A DNA stretch of 64,000 bases from Clostridia bacterium. GTDB lineage: Bacteria; Bacillota; Clostridia; TANB77; CAG-465. The position numbers were made by a program, and so were the translations under genes. Location: contig JAZOWO010000131.1 of the NCBI GenBank assembly GCA_045659265.1, forward strand, positions 1,757-65,756, written 5' to 3'. Shown here piece after piece: positions 9,938 to 19,363 of the stretch. Below the pieces are notes generated by a model. The model saw only the letters and a program-made list of their open reading frames with translations, searched no databases and had not been told where the DNA came from. Each line of letters begins with the position of its first letter. Within the stretch, counting starts at the first letter, position 1.

Positions 9938-11112
9938 TGTCAAGAAAAGATAAAAGAGAAGAAAATAAGAAGCACGAATCTATGCCTAAAAAGAAAATAG
10001 TAATAAAGTTACCGGAATTTAAAGGATTCACAAAAAAACAAATAGTAGCAGCTGTGCTAATTGCACTAGGACTTGTAATTGTTCTTTGTTTAATGAATTA
10101 TTCGGAATTTGGTTTGGTATTAAATAAAAAAATTACGGATGAAGATGTTGTAAAAGTAGATTTAATAAGCACTAACAATAAAATTTATTCATATTATAAC
10201 GAAGTTTTAATAGCTGATTCGGATAAAATAACAACATACAATAAGTATGGAAGAAAAACATGGGAAATAAAAATGCAAGGCGCAATAGATGCCAAAATTG
10301 TTACTAATGGTAAATATCTGCAAATTATAAATACAGATAAATCAATTGCATATGTTTTTAATGACAAATATGAAACTGCACAAATTCGAGTTGAAGGTAA
10401 AATTCTTTCTGGAAACATTACTTCAAAAGGAGATTGTGTAATTGAATACGAAGCTTCTGGTAATAAAAAAATACTAGGCGTTTACGATAAGAACGGTAAA
10501 GCAAGATATAATGTAAAACTAAGTAATAATACGATAGGTCAATACATATTATCTGAAGATTCTAAAAAATTGGTGTATGTAGATGTAAATATAAATGGAA
10601 TAAGTGTTGCATCATCGATTAAACTTGTTGAGTTAAAAGATTCAGCAAAGGTAGTTGAACTTGCTCTTAAAGAAAATTCGTTAATATATGAAATGGATTT
10701 AGTGGGTACTAAGCTTACATATAGAACAGATAAAGATATTGTTCAATTAGATATAAATACAAAAAGAGAAAAGATAAGTAGTGTTGAACAGTCTGGTGTT
10801 GTTTCGCTAGATTTAGATGAAAATAAATATTCATATGTAGAATTTAATAATGGCAAATATTTATTAGGTATAAAGAGTATAGGCGGCAAAGACAAAGAAA
10901 AAATCGAGATAAAGGAAATGCCTAAACATTACATTTATTCTAAAAATAAAGTGTATGTATGTTTCCAAAAAGAGATGTATGTATATAATGATTACAAGAT
11001 GATGATTAAAGAGTATAATAGTGATATGGTTATAACAAAACCGGTTATTTTAGGTGAAGGAAATAACATAGCGTTTCTTGTTTCAAATAAATTAATAATT
11101 TATACAATATAA
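9937..11112 (+). CDS. Hypothetical membrane-anchored protein
   Basis: It has a basic N-terminus and a single transmembrane segment (VAAVLIALGLVIVLCLM). The remainder is beta-rich and predicted to be extracellular. Confidence 0.45.
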   Translation: MSRKDKREENKKHESMPKKKIVIKLPEFKGFTKKQIVAAVLIALGLVIVLCLMNYSEFGLVLNKKITDEDVVKVDLISTNNKIYSYYNEVLIADSDKITTYNKYGRKTWEIKMQGAIDAKIVTNGKYLQIINTDKSIAYVFNDKYETAQIRVEGKILSGNITSKGDCVIEYEASGNKKILGVYDKNGKARYNVKLSNNTIGQYILSEDSKKLVYVDVNINGISVASSIKLVELKDSAKVVELALKENSLIYEMDLVGTKLTYRTDKDIVQLDINTKREKISSVEQSGVVSLDLDENKYSYVEFNNGKYLLGIKSIGGKDKEKIEIKEMPKHYIYSKNKVYVCFQKEMYVYNDYKMMIKEYNSDMVITKPVILGEGNNIAFLVSNKLIIYTI

Positions 11113-11127
11113 GGGGGAATATGAAAA

Positions 11128-11802
11128 ATGATTATTGATATAATTATAGTAGCCTTGTTTTTAGGTGCAGCTGGGGTAGGCTATAATAAAGGCGGATTAA
11201 AACTTATAGCAAGTTTTGGTACATTTATAGTTGCATTTATTGCAGCTTACTTATTAGCTAATACAACTGGTATGGCTCTTAAGAAAACAGAAATCGGTGC
11301 TACAGCAGCTAAAACAATAAAAACATCGTTAGTTAATGTTTTAGATTTAACAAAAGGAGATAATCCAGTAGCAGGTGTTGTTACAGATATAGCTTCAAAT
11401 ATACCAGTAGGTGGAGATATAATTCAAAAGTTAGTAAATAAAATAAATAAAGAATTACAAGCAAGCAGCGCAGTATTAGCGAACAAGGTTGTAAATTACT
11501 TATTTATAGGTATTGGTTTTATGCTTATATTTATAACTGCAAAAGTAGTATTAAGTGTAGCATTCTTTATCTTAGAATTAATATTTGAACTTCCGCTTCT
11601 AAAAGAGATGAATAAGTTGGTAGGACTAGGATTAGAAAGTGGATTTATGCTAATAAAAATCTGGATGGTATTTGGTTTGATAAGCTTCATGTCACCAATG
11701 GATTTCATGGCAAAAGCAGTTAAGCTATTAAATGACACAGTTCTTGCTAAATTAATATATGACAACAACTGGTTATTATCATTTATAATAAGCATATTAT
11801 AA
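11128..11802 (+). CDS. cvpA: CvpA-family membrane protein
   Basis: The 4-TM topology and the N-terminus IIDIIIVALFLGAAGVGYNKG are typical of colicin V production protein homologues. Confidence 0.55.
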   Translation: MIIDIIIVALFLGAAGVGYNKGGLKLIASFGTFIVAFIAAYLLANTTGMALKKTEIGATAAKTIKTSLVNVLDLTKGDNPVAGVVTDIASNIPVGGDIIQKLVNKINKELQASSAVLANKVVNYLFIGIGFMLIFITAKVVLSVAFFILELIFELPLLKEMNKLVGLGLESGFMLIKIWMVFGLISFMSPMDFMAKAVKLLNDTVLAKLIYDNNWLLSFIISIL

Positions 11803-11811
11803 TAATAAGGA

Positions 11812-12780
11812 ATGATGAATTTGAAAAAGAAGAAACGTACATTATGTGCAAGAATAACAAGATTTTGTACATGTATAACAATATTATCAGTAATTGCATG
11901 GGTAGCGCTTTTCAACATAAATAATATGTTGGGCGCTACAAGCGCATCAGCAGGAAAACCTGAAGATGAACTATTTAAGTATTCTAACGAACCGAAAAAA
12001 GATAATGTTTCATTGCTTTTTGCAGGCGTAGACAAAGATGGACTTAGAACAGATAGTATAATTTATGCGAAATACGATACTATAAATAACAAGTTATATA
12101 TGATGTCTATACCAAGAGATACTTATACAGATCATAAGTATGCTACTAATAAGATAAATACAATTTATCGTGGTGGCAAGTATACTAACGAGTTTATAGA
12201 AGAAATAGAAGAACTTTTAGATGTAAACATAGATTATTATGCTGTAATTAATTTAAAGGTTGTATCAGATGTTGTAGATGCAATAGGTGGTATAAATATA
12301 ACTCTAGAAGATGATGTTTGGAAATTAGATAAAAAAACAGGAAAATGGAATTTAGCATTCCCTAAAGGAGAACAAACATTAAATGCAAAACAAGTTGAAA
12401 CTTTAATTAGAAATAGGGATTATAAAGATGGAGATTTGTCTAGAGGAAAAATGCAAAGAAACGTAATAACAGCATTAATTAAGAATTTGGTTTCTACAAA
12501 AACTCTTATGAAATTAATGGATATTAAAGATATTGTTCTAAACAATACAAATACTAATATTACAGTTAGAGAAGGTATGAAATATTTAGGTGAAATTAAA
12601 GAGGTAGATCTAAAAAATGTTGTTTCAACTAATATGCCACTTTTAGATATAAACTATGTTGTTGACGGTACAGCCTGTGTACTTGTAAACAAGGAAAAGG
12701 CAAGAAAAATAATTAAAGAAGACTGGGTTTATACACCTGAAGAAACAAATAATGAAACCTTAAATAATGAGCAAAATTAA
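11812..12780 (+). CDS. LytR-CpsA-Psr (LCP) family cell-envelope transferase
   Basis: It has an N-terminal TM anchor followed by an LCP domain (FAGVDKDGLRTDSIIYAKYD…MMSIPRDTY). Confidence 0.8.
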   Translation: MMNLKKKKRTLCARITRFCTCITILSVIAWVALFNINNMLGATSASAGKPEDELFKYSNEPKKDNVSLLFAGVDKDGLRTDSIIYAKYDTINNKLYMMSIPRDTYTDHKYATNKINTIYRGGKYTNEFIEEIEELLDVNIDYYAVINLKVVSDVVDAIGGINITLEDDVWKLDKKTGKWNLAFPKGEQTLNAKQVETLIRNRDYKDGDLSRGKMQRNVITALIKNLVSTKTLMKLMDIKDIVLNNTNTNITVREGMKYLGEIKEVDLKNVVSTNMPLLDINYVVDGTACVLVNKEKARKIIKEDWVYTPEETNNETLNNEQN

Positions 12781-12797
12781 TTTGCTCATTATTTTTG
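12763..12797 (+). terminator. Rho-independent terminator after the LCP gene
   Basis: The hairpin aatgagcaaa-ttaa-tttgctcatt is followed by a T-run. Confidence 0.65.
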
Positions 12798-12972
12798 TAT
12801 TAATATCTATATATTATGGTAAAAACTGTTGAAAAAAACAAAAAGTTATGTTATACTAATTGGGTCACGTATGTGATAATACACACACAAACAAAGTCTA
12901 TAGCCCTTCCTCGAAAGAGGTCATATAGATGCCAAAGTTTGTGGAGGAAATTAAAAAAGGAGGATTTTTAAA

Positions 12973-13821
12973 ATGGCAATTATACCTATGAGATCATTAC
13001 TAGAAGCTGGTGTACACTTTGGACACCAAACAAAAAGATGGGACCCAAGAATGGCTCCTTACATCTTTACAGCAAGAAATGGAATATACATTCTTGACTT
13101 ACAAAAAACTTTAAAGAAAGCAGTAGAAGCTTACGAACTAGTTAATAAAGTAGCTAGTGAAGGTGGTTCAATACTATTTGTTGGAACTAAAAAACAAATA
13201 GCTGAATGCATCAAAGAAGAAGCTGAAAGATGTGGAATGTACTACATCAACAGCAGATGGTTAGGTGGAACATTAACTAACTTTAAAACAATAAGAACTA
13301 GAATAGCTAGACTTGTTGAATTAGAAACTATGGAAGCTGATGGAACATTCGATTTACTTCCAAAGAAAGAAGTTAGCAAATTAAAACTAGAAATGGAAAA
13401 ATTAAACCTTAACCTTGGTGGTATTAAAGATATGGAAAAACTTCCATCATTAATATTCTTAGTAGACTCTAAGAAAGAATTAATTTGTACTAAGGAAGCT
13501 AGAAAACTTGGTATACCAACAATCGGTTTAATAGATTCTAACTGTAACCCTAACGATGTTGACTACGTAATCCCAGGTAACGACGATGCAGTAAGAGCAG
13601 TTAAATTAATAACAGCTAAAATGGCAGACGCAGCTATCGCTGGAAAAAACGGTGAACCAGTTGAAGATTTAGGTCTTGATGATGTAGAAACTATGGAAGA
13701 TCTAGTTAAAGAAATGGGCGAAGATAAAATAGAAAGAAAACAAAACAGACCAGCTAGAAGACCAAGACAAGAAAAAGCTACAGAAGAAGTAGTAGAAGAA
13801 ACTACAACTAAGGAGGAATAA
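12973..13821 (+). CDS. rpsB: 30S ribosomal protein S2
   Basis: The product matches the S2 family ([19 protein letters not shown]…) with an acidic C-terminal extension. Confidence 0.95.
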   Translation: MAIIPMRSLLEAGVHFGHQTKRWDPRMAPYIFTARNGIYILDLQKTLKKAVEAYELVNKVASEGGSILFVGTKKQIAECIKEEAERCGMYYINSRWLGGTLTNFKTIRTRIARLVELETMEADGTFDLLPKKEVSKLKLEMEKLNLNLGGIKDMEKLPSLIFLVDSKKELICTKEARKLGIPTIGLIDSNCNPNDVDYVIPGNDDAVRAVKLITAKMADAAIAGKNGEPVEDLGLDDVETMEDLVKEMGEDKIERKQNRPARRPRQEKATEEVVEETTTKEE

Positions 13822-13825
13822 TAAT

Positions 13826-14470
13826 ATGGTAACAGCAGAACAAGTTAAAGAATTAAGAGAAATGACAGGTGCAGGCGTTATGGACTGCAAAAAAGTTTTA
13901 GTTGAAACTGATGGAAACATGGATAAAGCAGTTGAACTATTACGTGAAAGAGGAATAGCTAAAGCAGCTAAAAAAGCTAGCAGAATAGCAGCTGAAGGAT
14001 TAGTAGAAGCATATATCCACAGCGGAAGATATGGTGCATTAGTTGAAGTAAACTCTGAAACTGACTTCGTTTCTAAAAACGAAGAATTCAGAACATTTGT
14101 AAGAGATGTTGCAATGCATATAGTTGCTTCAAATCCTAAATATGTTTCAAGAGATGAAGTTCCTGCTGATGTTGTAGAAGCTGAAAAAGAAATTCTTAAA
14201 GCACAAGCTTTAAATGAAGGAAAACCAGCAGCAATTGTAGATAAAATGGTAGAAGGAAGAATAAACAAATTTTTCGAGGAAGTATGTTTATTAGATCAAC
14301 CATTCGTTAAAGATCAAGACAAAACAGTTCAAGAAGTTCTTAACGAAAAAATCGCTGTAATTGGTGAAAACATAGTAATCAGAAGATTTGTTAGATTTGA
14401 AAGAGGCGAAGGAATCGAAAAGAAAAAAGAAAACTTTGCTGAAGAAGTAATGAAACAAGTTAATGGTTAA
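13826..14470 (+). CDS. tsf: Elongation factor Ts
   Basis: It has the UBA-like N-terminus [19 protein letters not shown] and the EF-Ts core. Confidence 0.95.
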   Translation: MVTAEQVKELREMTGAGVMDCKKVLVETDGNMDKAVELLRERGIAKAAKKASRIAAEGLVEAYIHSGRYGALVEVNSETDFVSKNEEFRTFVRDVAMHIVASNPKYVSRDEVPADVVEAEKEILKAQALNEGKPAAIVDKMVEGRINKFFEEVCLLDQPFVKDQDKTVQEVLNEKIAVIGENIVIRRFVRFERGEGIEKKKENFAEEVMKQVNG

Positions 14471-14490
14471 TAAAAACAAATAAAGCAAAT

Positions 14491-14520
14491 AAAAATGAGT
14501 ACCATTGGTACTCATTTTTT
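14491..14520. terminator. Bidirectional terminator between tsf and the convergent dac gene
   Basis: The hairpin aaaaatgagtacca-ttggtactcattttt is flanked by T-runs. Confidence 0.7.
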
Positions 14521-14554
14521 ATATTTTTAAGTTAAGTTTTGTTATACATTTACT

Positions 14555-15907
14555 TTATTTATTTAATTTCCTAGTTCTGTTTGCTTTTCTTTTAAGTGTA
14601 GTTTTAATTTCTTTTTCTACATTCTCTTTATTCATTGAACGCTTTTGCTTTTTTATTTTGTTTTTCTTAATCTTAGCAATAACAGATATTACAAGTATAA
14701 TAACAACTAAACAAATAATTAATATAGTCGTGAATTCTGGTTCTCTAACAATGTTCAATGTTTTTAATTCTGTAATTGTTAAATCGTAAGTTGCGTTATA
14801 TGAACCTTTATCGGTATTTATTGTAAATGTTATATCTCCATAATCTTCATTATTCTTAAGGTTTTCTTTTGTTACAGTAGATAAGTTTATTTCGTCTAAC
14901 TTTAACTCATAAGATATTGATACTATAGTTTCGTCATTTTTCATAAGTAGTTCTAAATTATCTTTGATATTTAATTTGTACTTTAAGTTTGTTTGATAGT
15001 TTATATAGTCAAAGGAATAACTTTCTTTGTTATCAAAAGTGCGTCTATTAAAATTATCAAAAGAATAATTGAATAAGTCTATAGCATCTGTATATCTAGC
15101 ATCTTGACCGTTTACTTGGCCAGCCTTAAAGACAGCTATAATAATTGTTTTATCATCTTTTTTTCCTAGTGTAACTAGAGTTCTTCCTGCTTCATCTGTA
15201 TATCCTGTTTTTCCACCTATTGCATATTCATAATATCTTCCGTGTTGATTTTCAGATTTAGTAAGTAATAGCCTATTTGTATTATACAAATATCTTTTAG
15301 ATTTAGTCTTATTTGTTTCTGGTACTATATATAGTTTTGTAGAAATAATCTCAACAAATTTTTCGTTTTGGATACAATAATTAAATATTTTAGCAATATC
15401 TAATGCGGTTGTGTAATGGTTATCATCTGAGTAACCATGTGCGTTTACAAAATTTGTTCCTGTACAGCCAAGTTCTTTAGCTTTATCGTTCATAAGTTTA
15501 ACGAAGTCTGTGATATTTCCTGAAACAGCCTCTGCTAAAACGTTTGCAGCATCGTTACCAGAGTATATAAGAAGGCAATGAAGTAGTTCATCAACTGTAA
15601 GAATTTCACCTTCTTTAATATATGCACTTGAACTATCCCAAGGTATTTTAAGAGCTGTTTTTGTAGCAACTATGTTTTGGGTTAAATCTAAGTTTTCTAA
15701 CGCTAAAATAGCAGTAATAATCTTTGTTATGCTAGCTGGATATACTTTGTCGTTTATATTTTTATCGTAAAGTATTGTACCTGAACCAGCTTCCATAGCG
15801 ATAGCAGATTTAGAATTAGTGCTAGGCGGTTCAGTAGCAAATACCGAGAAACAATTAAATAATATAAATGTGAATATCCAAAGCTTGTATGAAATTTTGA
15901 GTTTCAT
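14555..15907 (-). CDS. D-alanyl-D-alanine carboxypeptidase (PBP5-type serine peptidase S11) with a C-terminal membrane anchor
   Basis: It has a signal peptide and the SITK (SxxK), SGN and KTG motifs. The C-terminal transmembrane helix is followed by a basic tail. Confidence 0.85.
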   Translation of the reverse strand: MKLKISYKLWIFTFILFNCFSVFATEPPSTNSKSAIAMEAGSGTILYDKNINDKVYPASITKIITAILALENLDLTQNIVATKTALKIPWDSSSAYIKEGEILTVDELLHCLLIYSGNDAANVLAEAVSGNITDFVKLMNDKAKELGCTGTNFVNAHGYSDDNHYTTALDIAKIFNYCIQNEKFVEIISTKLYIVPETNKTKSKRYLYNTNRLLLTKSENQHGRYYEYAIGGKTGYTDEAGRTLVTLGKKDDKTIIIAVFKAGQVNGQDARYTDAIDLFNYSFDNFNRRTFDNKESYSFDYINYQTNLKYKLNIKDNLELLMKNDETIVSISYELKLDEINLSTVTKENLKNNEDYGDITFTINTDKGSYNATYDLTITELKTLNIVREPEFTTILIICLVVIILVISVIAKIKKNKIKKQKRSMNKENVEKEIKTTLKRKANRTRKLNK

Positions 15908-16025
15908 TTATTCACCTCGTAAGTAGCTCTATTATACTATACAATAATCAAATAGTGAATAGATTTTTATAAAATATTGATTTAACATCTAGTATGATAT
16001 AAAATATGATTGAAATGAGGAGATT

Positions 16026-16520
16026 ATGAAAATGCATAAAAAACAAGGTGTAACAATGATAACATTATCGCTAGCAGTTGCAATAATGGCTATACTTACA
16101 GCAGCTGTTATAGTAAATATAGATAATATAGTGCCAAACGCTAGAAAATCTAAAATAGCAGAGGAATTTGAATTAATAGAAGACAAGGTTAAGGAATATT
16201 ATTTAGCATATGGAAATTATCCGGTGCTAAATGATAGGACGTTTACAAAGTCTCAACTTATTGCGTTAAACACAAACGGTAAGAGCGGAAATTTATCTGC
16301 AACAATAACAGCGAATGGCGATGATAATGCTATATTCTTTGTCGTTGATTTAGAAAAAATAAGAGTTACAACATATAACTATGGTAAAAACATTACTCAA
16401 GATGATGTTTATGTTGTGTCCGATTTAACAGGAAATCTATATTATCCAAAAGGCATCTTTGCTAATGGGAAAATGGTATTTTCTACATGTGATTTTGAAG
16501 AAACAACAAATATAGATTAA
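16026..16520 (+). CDS. Small pilin-like protein (prepilin-type N-terminus)
   Basis: MKMHKKQGVTMITLSLAVAIMAILTAAVIV has a basic leader, a Gly, then a hydrophobic helix, as in the protein at 3232. It lacks Glu5. Confidence 0.45.
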   Translation: MKMHKKQGVTMITLSLAVAIMAILTAAVIVNIDNIVPNARKSKIAEEFELIEDKVKEYYLAYGNYPVLNDRTFTKSQLIALNTNGKSGNLSATITANGDDNAIFFVVDLEKIRVTTYNYGKNITQDDVYVVSDLTGNLYYPKGIFANGKMVFSTCDFEETTNID

Positions 16521-16624
16521 GAGTAAAAAAATAGATTATAAGAATGTGTGAGATATCGGAAAACTATTGATTTTTTGCATAAATATAGTATAATAGTCAC
16601 AGAGATTTTTGGAGGTAAAAACAT

Positions 16625-17173
16625 ATGGATTTAAGTATCTATGAAAATAAAATGAAAGAAAGAATTGACTACCTAAGAGAAGAATTAGGAAATATAAGAG
16701 CAGGTAGAGCTAACCCACAAATATTAAATAAAATATGCGTTGAATATTATGGATCATTAACACCACTTAACCAAGTGGCATCAATATCTGTTCCAGAACC
16801 AAGACAAATATTAATAGCACCATGGGATAAGAGCTTATTAAACGAAATAGCAAAAGCTATAACTAAAGCAGATATAGGAATAAACCCACAAAATGATGGA
16901 ACTGGAGTAAGATTAATATTCCCAGAACTAAATGAAGCAAGAAGAAAAGAAATAGCTAAAGATATAAGCAAAATGGGAGAAGAAACAAAAGTTGCAATTA
17001 GAAATATAAGAAGAGACGCGATAGACGATATAAAGAAAACAGGAAAAGAAGAAAGCATCAGCGAAGATGAAATTCGTTCTTTAGAAGATTCTGTTCAAAA
17101 AATAACAGATAAACAAATTGAAGTAGTAACTGGAGTAGTTGCTGAAAAAGAAAAAGAAATAATGGAAGTGTAG
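16625..17173 (+). CDS. frr: Ribosome recycling factor
   Basis: The 182-aa product matches the RRF family. Confidence 0.95.
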   Translation: MDLSIYENKMKERIDYLREELGNIRAGRANPQILNKICVEYYGSLTPLNQVASISVPEPRQILIAPWDKSLLNEIAKAITKADIGINPQNDGTGVRLIFPELNEARRKEIAKDISKMGEETKVAIRNIRRDAIDDIKKTGKEESISEDEIRSLEDSVQKITDKQIEVVTGVVAEKEKEIMEV

Positions 17174-17184
17174 TAGGGGAGTTT

Positions 17185-17997
17185 ATGAAAAAAAGAATAA
17201 TTTCGGGAGCAGTTTTCGTAGCATTATGGGCAGCAATACTGTTAATAAACAATCCGCTATTTGACACTGCTATAGTTGTTACACTTGCGTTAATTGCTAC
17301 ACACGAATATTACAAAGCATTTAGAAATATAGGCTATAAACCTATTTCTTGGATAGGTTATGTAGGATGTTTAGCATTGTTTTTAATGGGTGGAATAATT
17401 CCCGAAGAATATAAAATGCTATTAATAAAAATAATAGTACCGGTAGGTCTTATAAGCGCATTTGCTTATATGGTAGTGGGAAATGTTAAAAGAACAATTT
17501 TAGATGTTGCAATAACAATATTTGGACTTCTATATATTCCATGTTTGTTTGCGTTTCTAAAATTGATATTAGGACTTAGAGAATACAGTAGATTTTACTT
17601 GTTATATGTTCTATTTGGAGCGTTTGTAAGCGATACGTTTGCATTTTTAATTGGTTCTAAATTTGGTAAAACAAAATTAGCTCCAGACATTAGCCCTAAC
17701 AAAACTGTAGAAGGTTCTATGGGTGGAATAATTGGTGTTGTAATTTCATTTGTAATTATGACAGTGGTAGGTAATTTGAATGGAATACCAGGAGATGTAT
17801 TCTATTGGACAATGGTAGGTGTTGCGGCTGCAATAGCTGGTCAATTTGGAGACTTAACAGCATCTGCGATTAAGAGATTTTGTAAAATTAAAGATTTTGG
17901 AAATATAATGCCAGGACACGGCGGAATATTAGATAGATTTGATAGTTTAATGTTTGTTGCGCCAATCGTATATATTTTTATAACTTTATACGTATAA
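17185..17997 (+). CDS. cdsA: Phosphatidate cytidylyltransferase
   Basis: It has the CdsA signature GHGGILDRFDS and multiple transmembrane segments. Confidence 0.9.
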   Translation: MKKRIISGAVFVALWAAILLINNPLFDTAIVVTLALIATHEYYKAFRNIGYKPISWIGYVGCLALFLMGGIIPEEYKMLLIKIIVPVGLISAFAYMVVGNVKRTILDVAITIFGLLYIPCLFAFLKLILGLREYSRFYLLYVLFGAFVSDTFAFLIGSKFGKTKLAPDISPNKTVEGSMGGIIGVVISFVIMTVVGNLNGIPGDVFYWTMVGVAAAIAGQFGDLTASAIKRFCKIKDFGNIMPGHGGILDRFDSLMFVAPIVYIFITLYV

Positions 17998-18018
17998 TAG
18001 AAAAGAGGTATATGAATA

Positions 18019-19272
18019 ATGGCTTTAGTTTTAACTATAATTAAACTTATAATAGTTTTAAGTGTAGTTGCTACTATCCATGAATTTGGGCACTTCCTTT
18101 TTGCTAAATTGTTCAAAATGACAGTAAATGAATTTAGCATAGGGTTCGGCCCAAAAATATTCTCTAAAGAATATAAGGGAACTAAATATTCTTTAAGATG
18201 GATATTATTTGGTGGATATGTTGCAATAGAAGGTGAAGAAGGCGACTCAGAAGATGATAATGCCTTTAATAAAAAACCATGCTGGCAAAGAATAATTGTA
18301 CTTGTAGCAGGTGTGCTATTTAATGCAATACTTGCAACAGTATTATTCTTAGGAACAAACATGGTATCACCAACATTTGGAACTAAAATATCAGGCATTT
18401 ATGAAAATGGTGCTGCGTATGTTGCTGGATTACGTGAAGGTGATGTAATAACAAAAATTGAAGATAAAGTAACACATATTTATCAAGATGTTGCGTTATA
18501 TAACAAAACAGATAAAAAAGATGTAACAGTTGAATATTTAAGAGATGGTAAAACATATAAAGCTCTTGTAAAAGATGCTGTTAAGAAAATTGGTTATATG
18601 GGTGTATACTTTGAGGCTACTAAATTAGATGAAAACGGAAATGTTTTATCTTATGTTCAAGTAGTTGAACCAGGTATGCCAGCAGCTTCTAAAATAAAAG
18701 CTGGAGACAAAATACTAAAAGTTAATGACAAAGAAACTAAACTTTCTATAGATGTAATATCTGAAATATCTGCAAATGCTGAAAAAGAAGTTAAAATATT
18801 AGTATTAAGAGATGGTAAAGAGGTAGAAGTAAAACTTGTACCGGCTACTAAACTTTCTTTTGATTTAGGATTATCTAATTTTGCAGAAGAGAAAACTACT
18901 GTAAAAACAGCTTTCTATAAATCTATTTCAACAATATCTCAAATAGTTGGATCATATGTAGATTTGTTTAGAGGCAAAGTAAAAGTAAACCAATTATCTG
19001 GAATAGTTGGAATTGGAGAAATGGTTTCTAGAACAGAAGGAATAGCAGAATTCTTAAGCATGATGGCTATGATTTCTTTAGCAGTAGGAATTGCTAATAT
19101 ATTACCGTTCCCACCACTTGATGGCGGAAAAGTAGTATTAGTGTTGATAGAGTGGATAACTAAAAAGAAAGTTCCAGAAAAAGTGGAATTAATACTAAGC
19201 TATATTGGACTTGGATTATTATTAGCACTTACAGTATTTGTAACGATTAACGATATAATAAGAGTAGTGTAA
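18019..19272 (+). CDS. rseP: RIP zinc metalloprotease RseP/RasP (site-2 protease)
   Basis: It has the HEFGHFLFAK HExxH motif, a PDZ domain and the LDGG motif. Confidence 0.9.
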   Translation: MALVLTIIKLIIVLSVVATIHEFGHFLFAKLFKMTVNEFSIGFGPKIFSKEYKGTKYSLRWILFGGYVAIEGEEGDSEDDNAFNKKPCWQRIIVLVAGVLFNAILATVLFLGTNMVSPTFGTKISGIYENGAAYVAGLREGDVITKIEDKVTHIYQDVALYNKTDKKDVTVEYLRDGKTYKALVKDAVKKIGYMGVYFEATKLDENGNVLSYVQVVEPGMPAASKIKAGDKILKVNDKETKLSIDVISEISANAEKEVKILVLRDGKEVEVKLVPATKLSFDLGLSNFAEEKTTVKTAFYKSISTISQIVGSYVDLFRGKVKVNQLSGIVGIGEMVSRTEGIAEFLSMMAMISLAVGIANILPFPPLDGGKVVLVLIEWITKKKVPEKVELILSYIGLGLLLALTVFVTINDIIRVV

Positions 19273-19302
19273 AATAATACAAAAGAAGAAATTAATAATT
19301 AT

Positions 19303-19340
19303 AAAAACTCAAAATGTTAATATTACCATTTTGGGTTTTT
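19303..19340 (+). terminator. Rho-independent terminator after rseP
   Basis: The hairpin ctcaaaatg…cattttggg is followed by a T-run. Confidence 0.55.
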
Positions 19341-19363
19341 ATATATGTATATGGGGGAAATAT

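Noticed and set aside
14505-14789. Plus-strand 94-aa hydrophobic ORF
   Set aside because: It overlaps the terminator and the 3' end of the D,D-carboxypeptidase gene on the opposite strand. AT-rich antisense sequence generates spurious Phe/Leu/Ile-rich ORFs.
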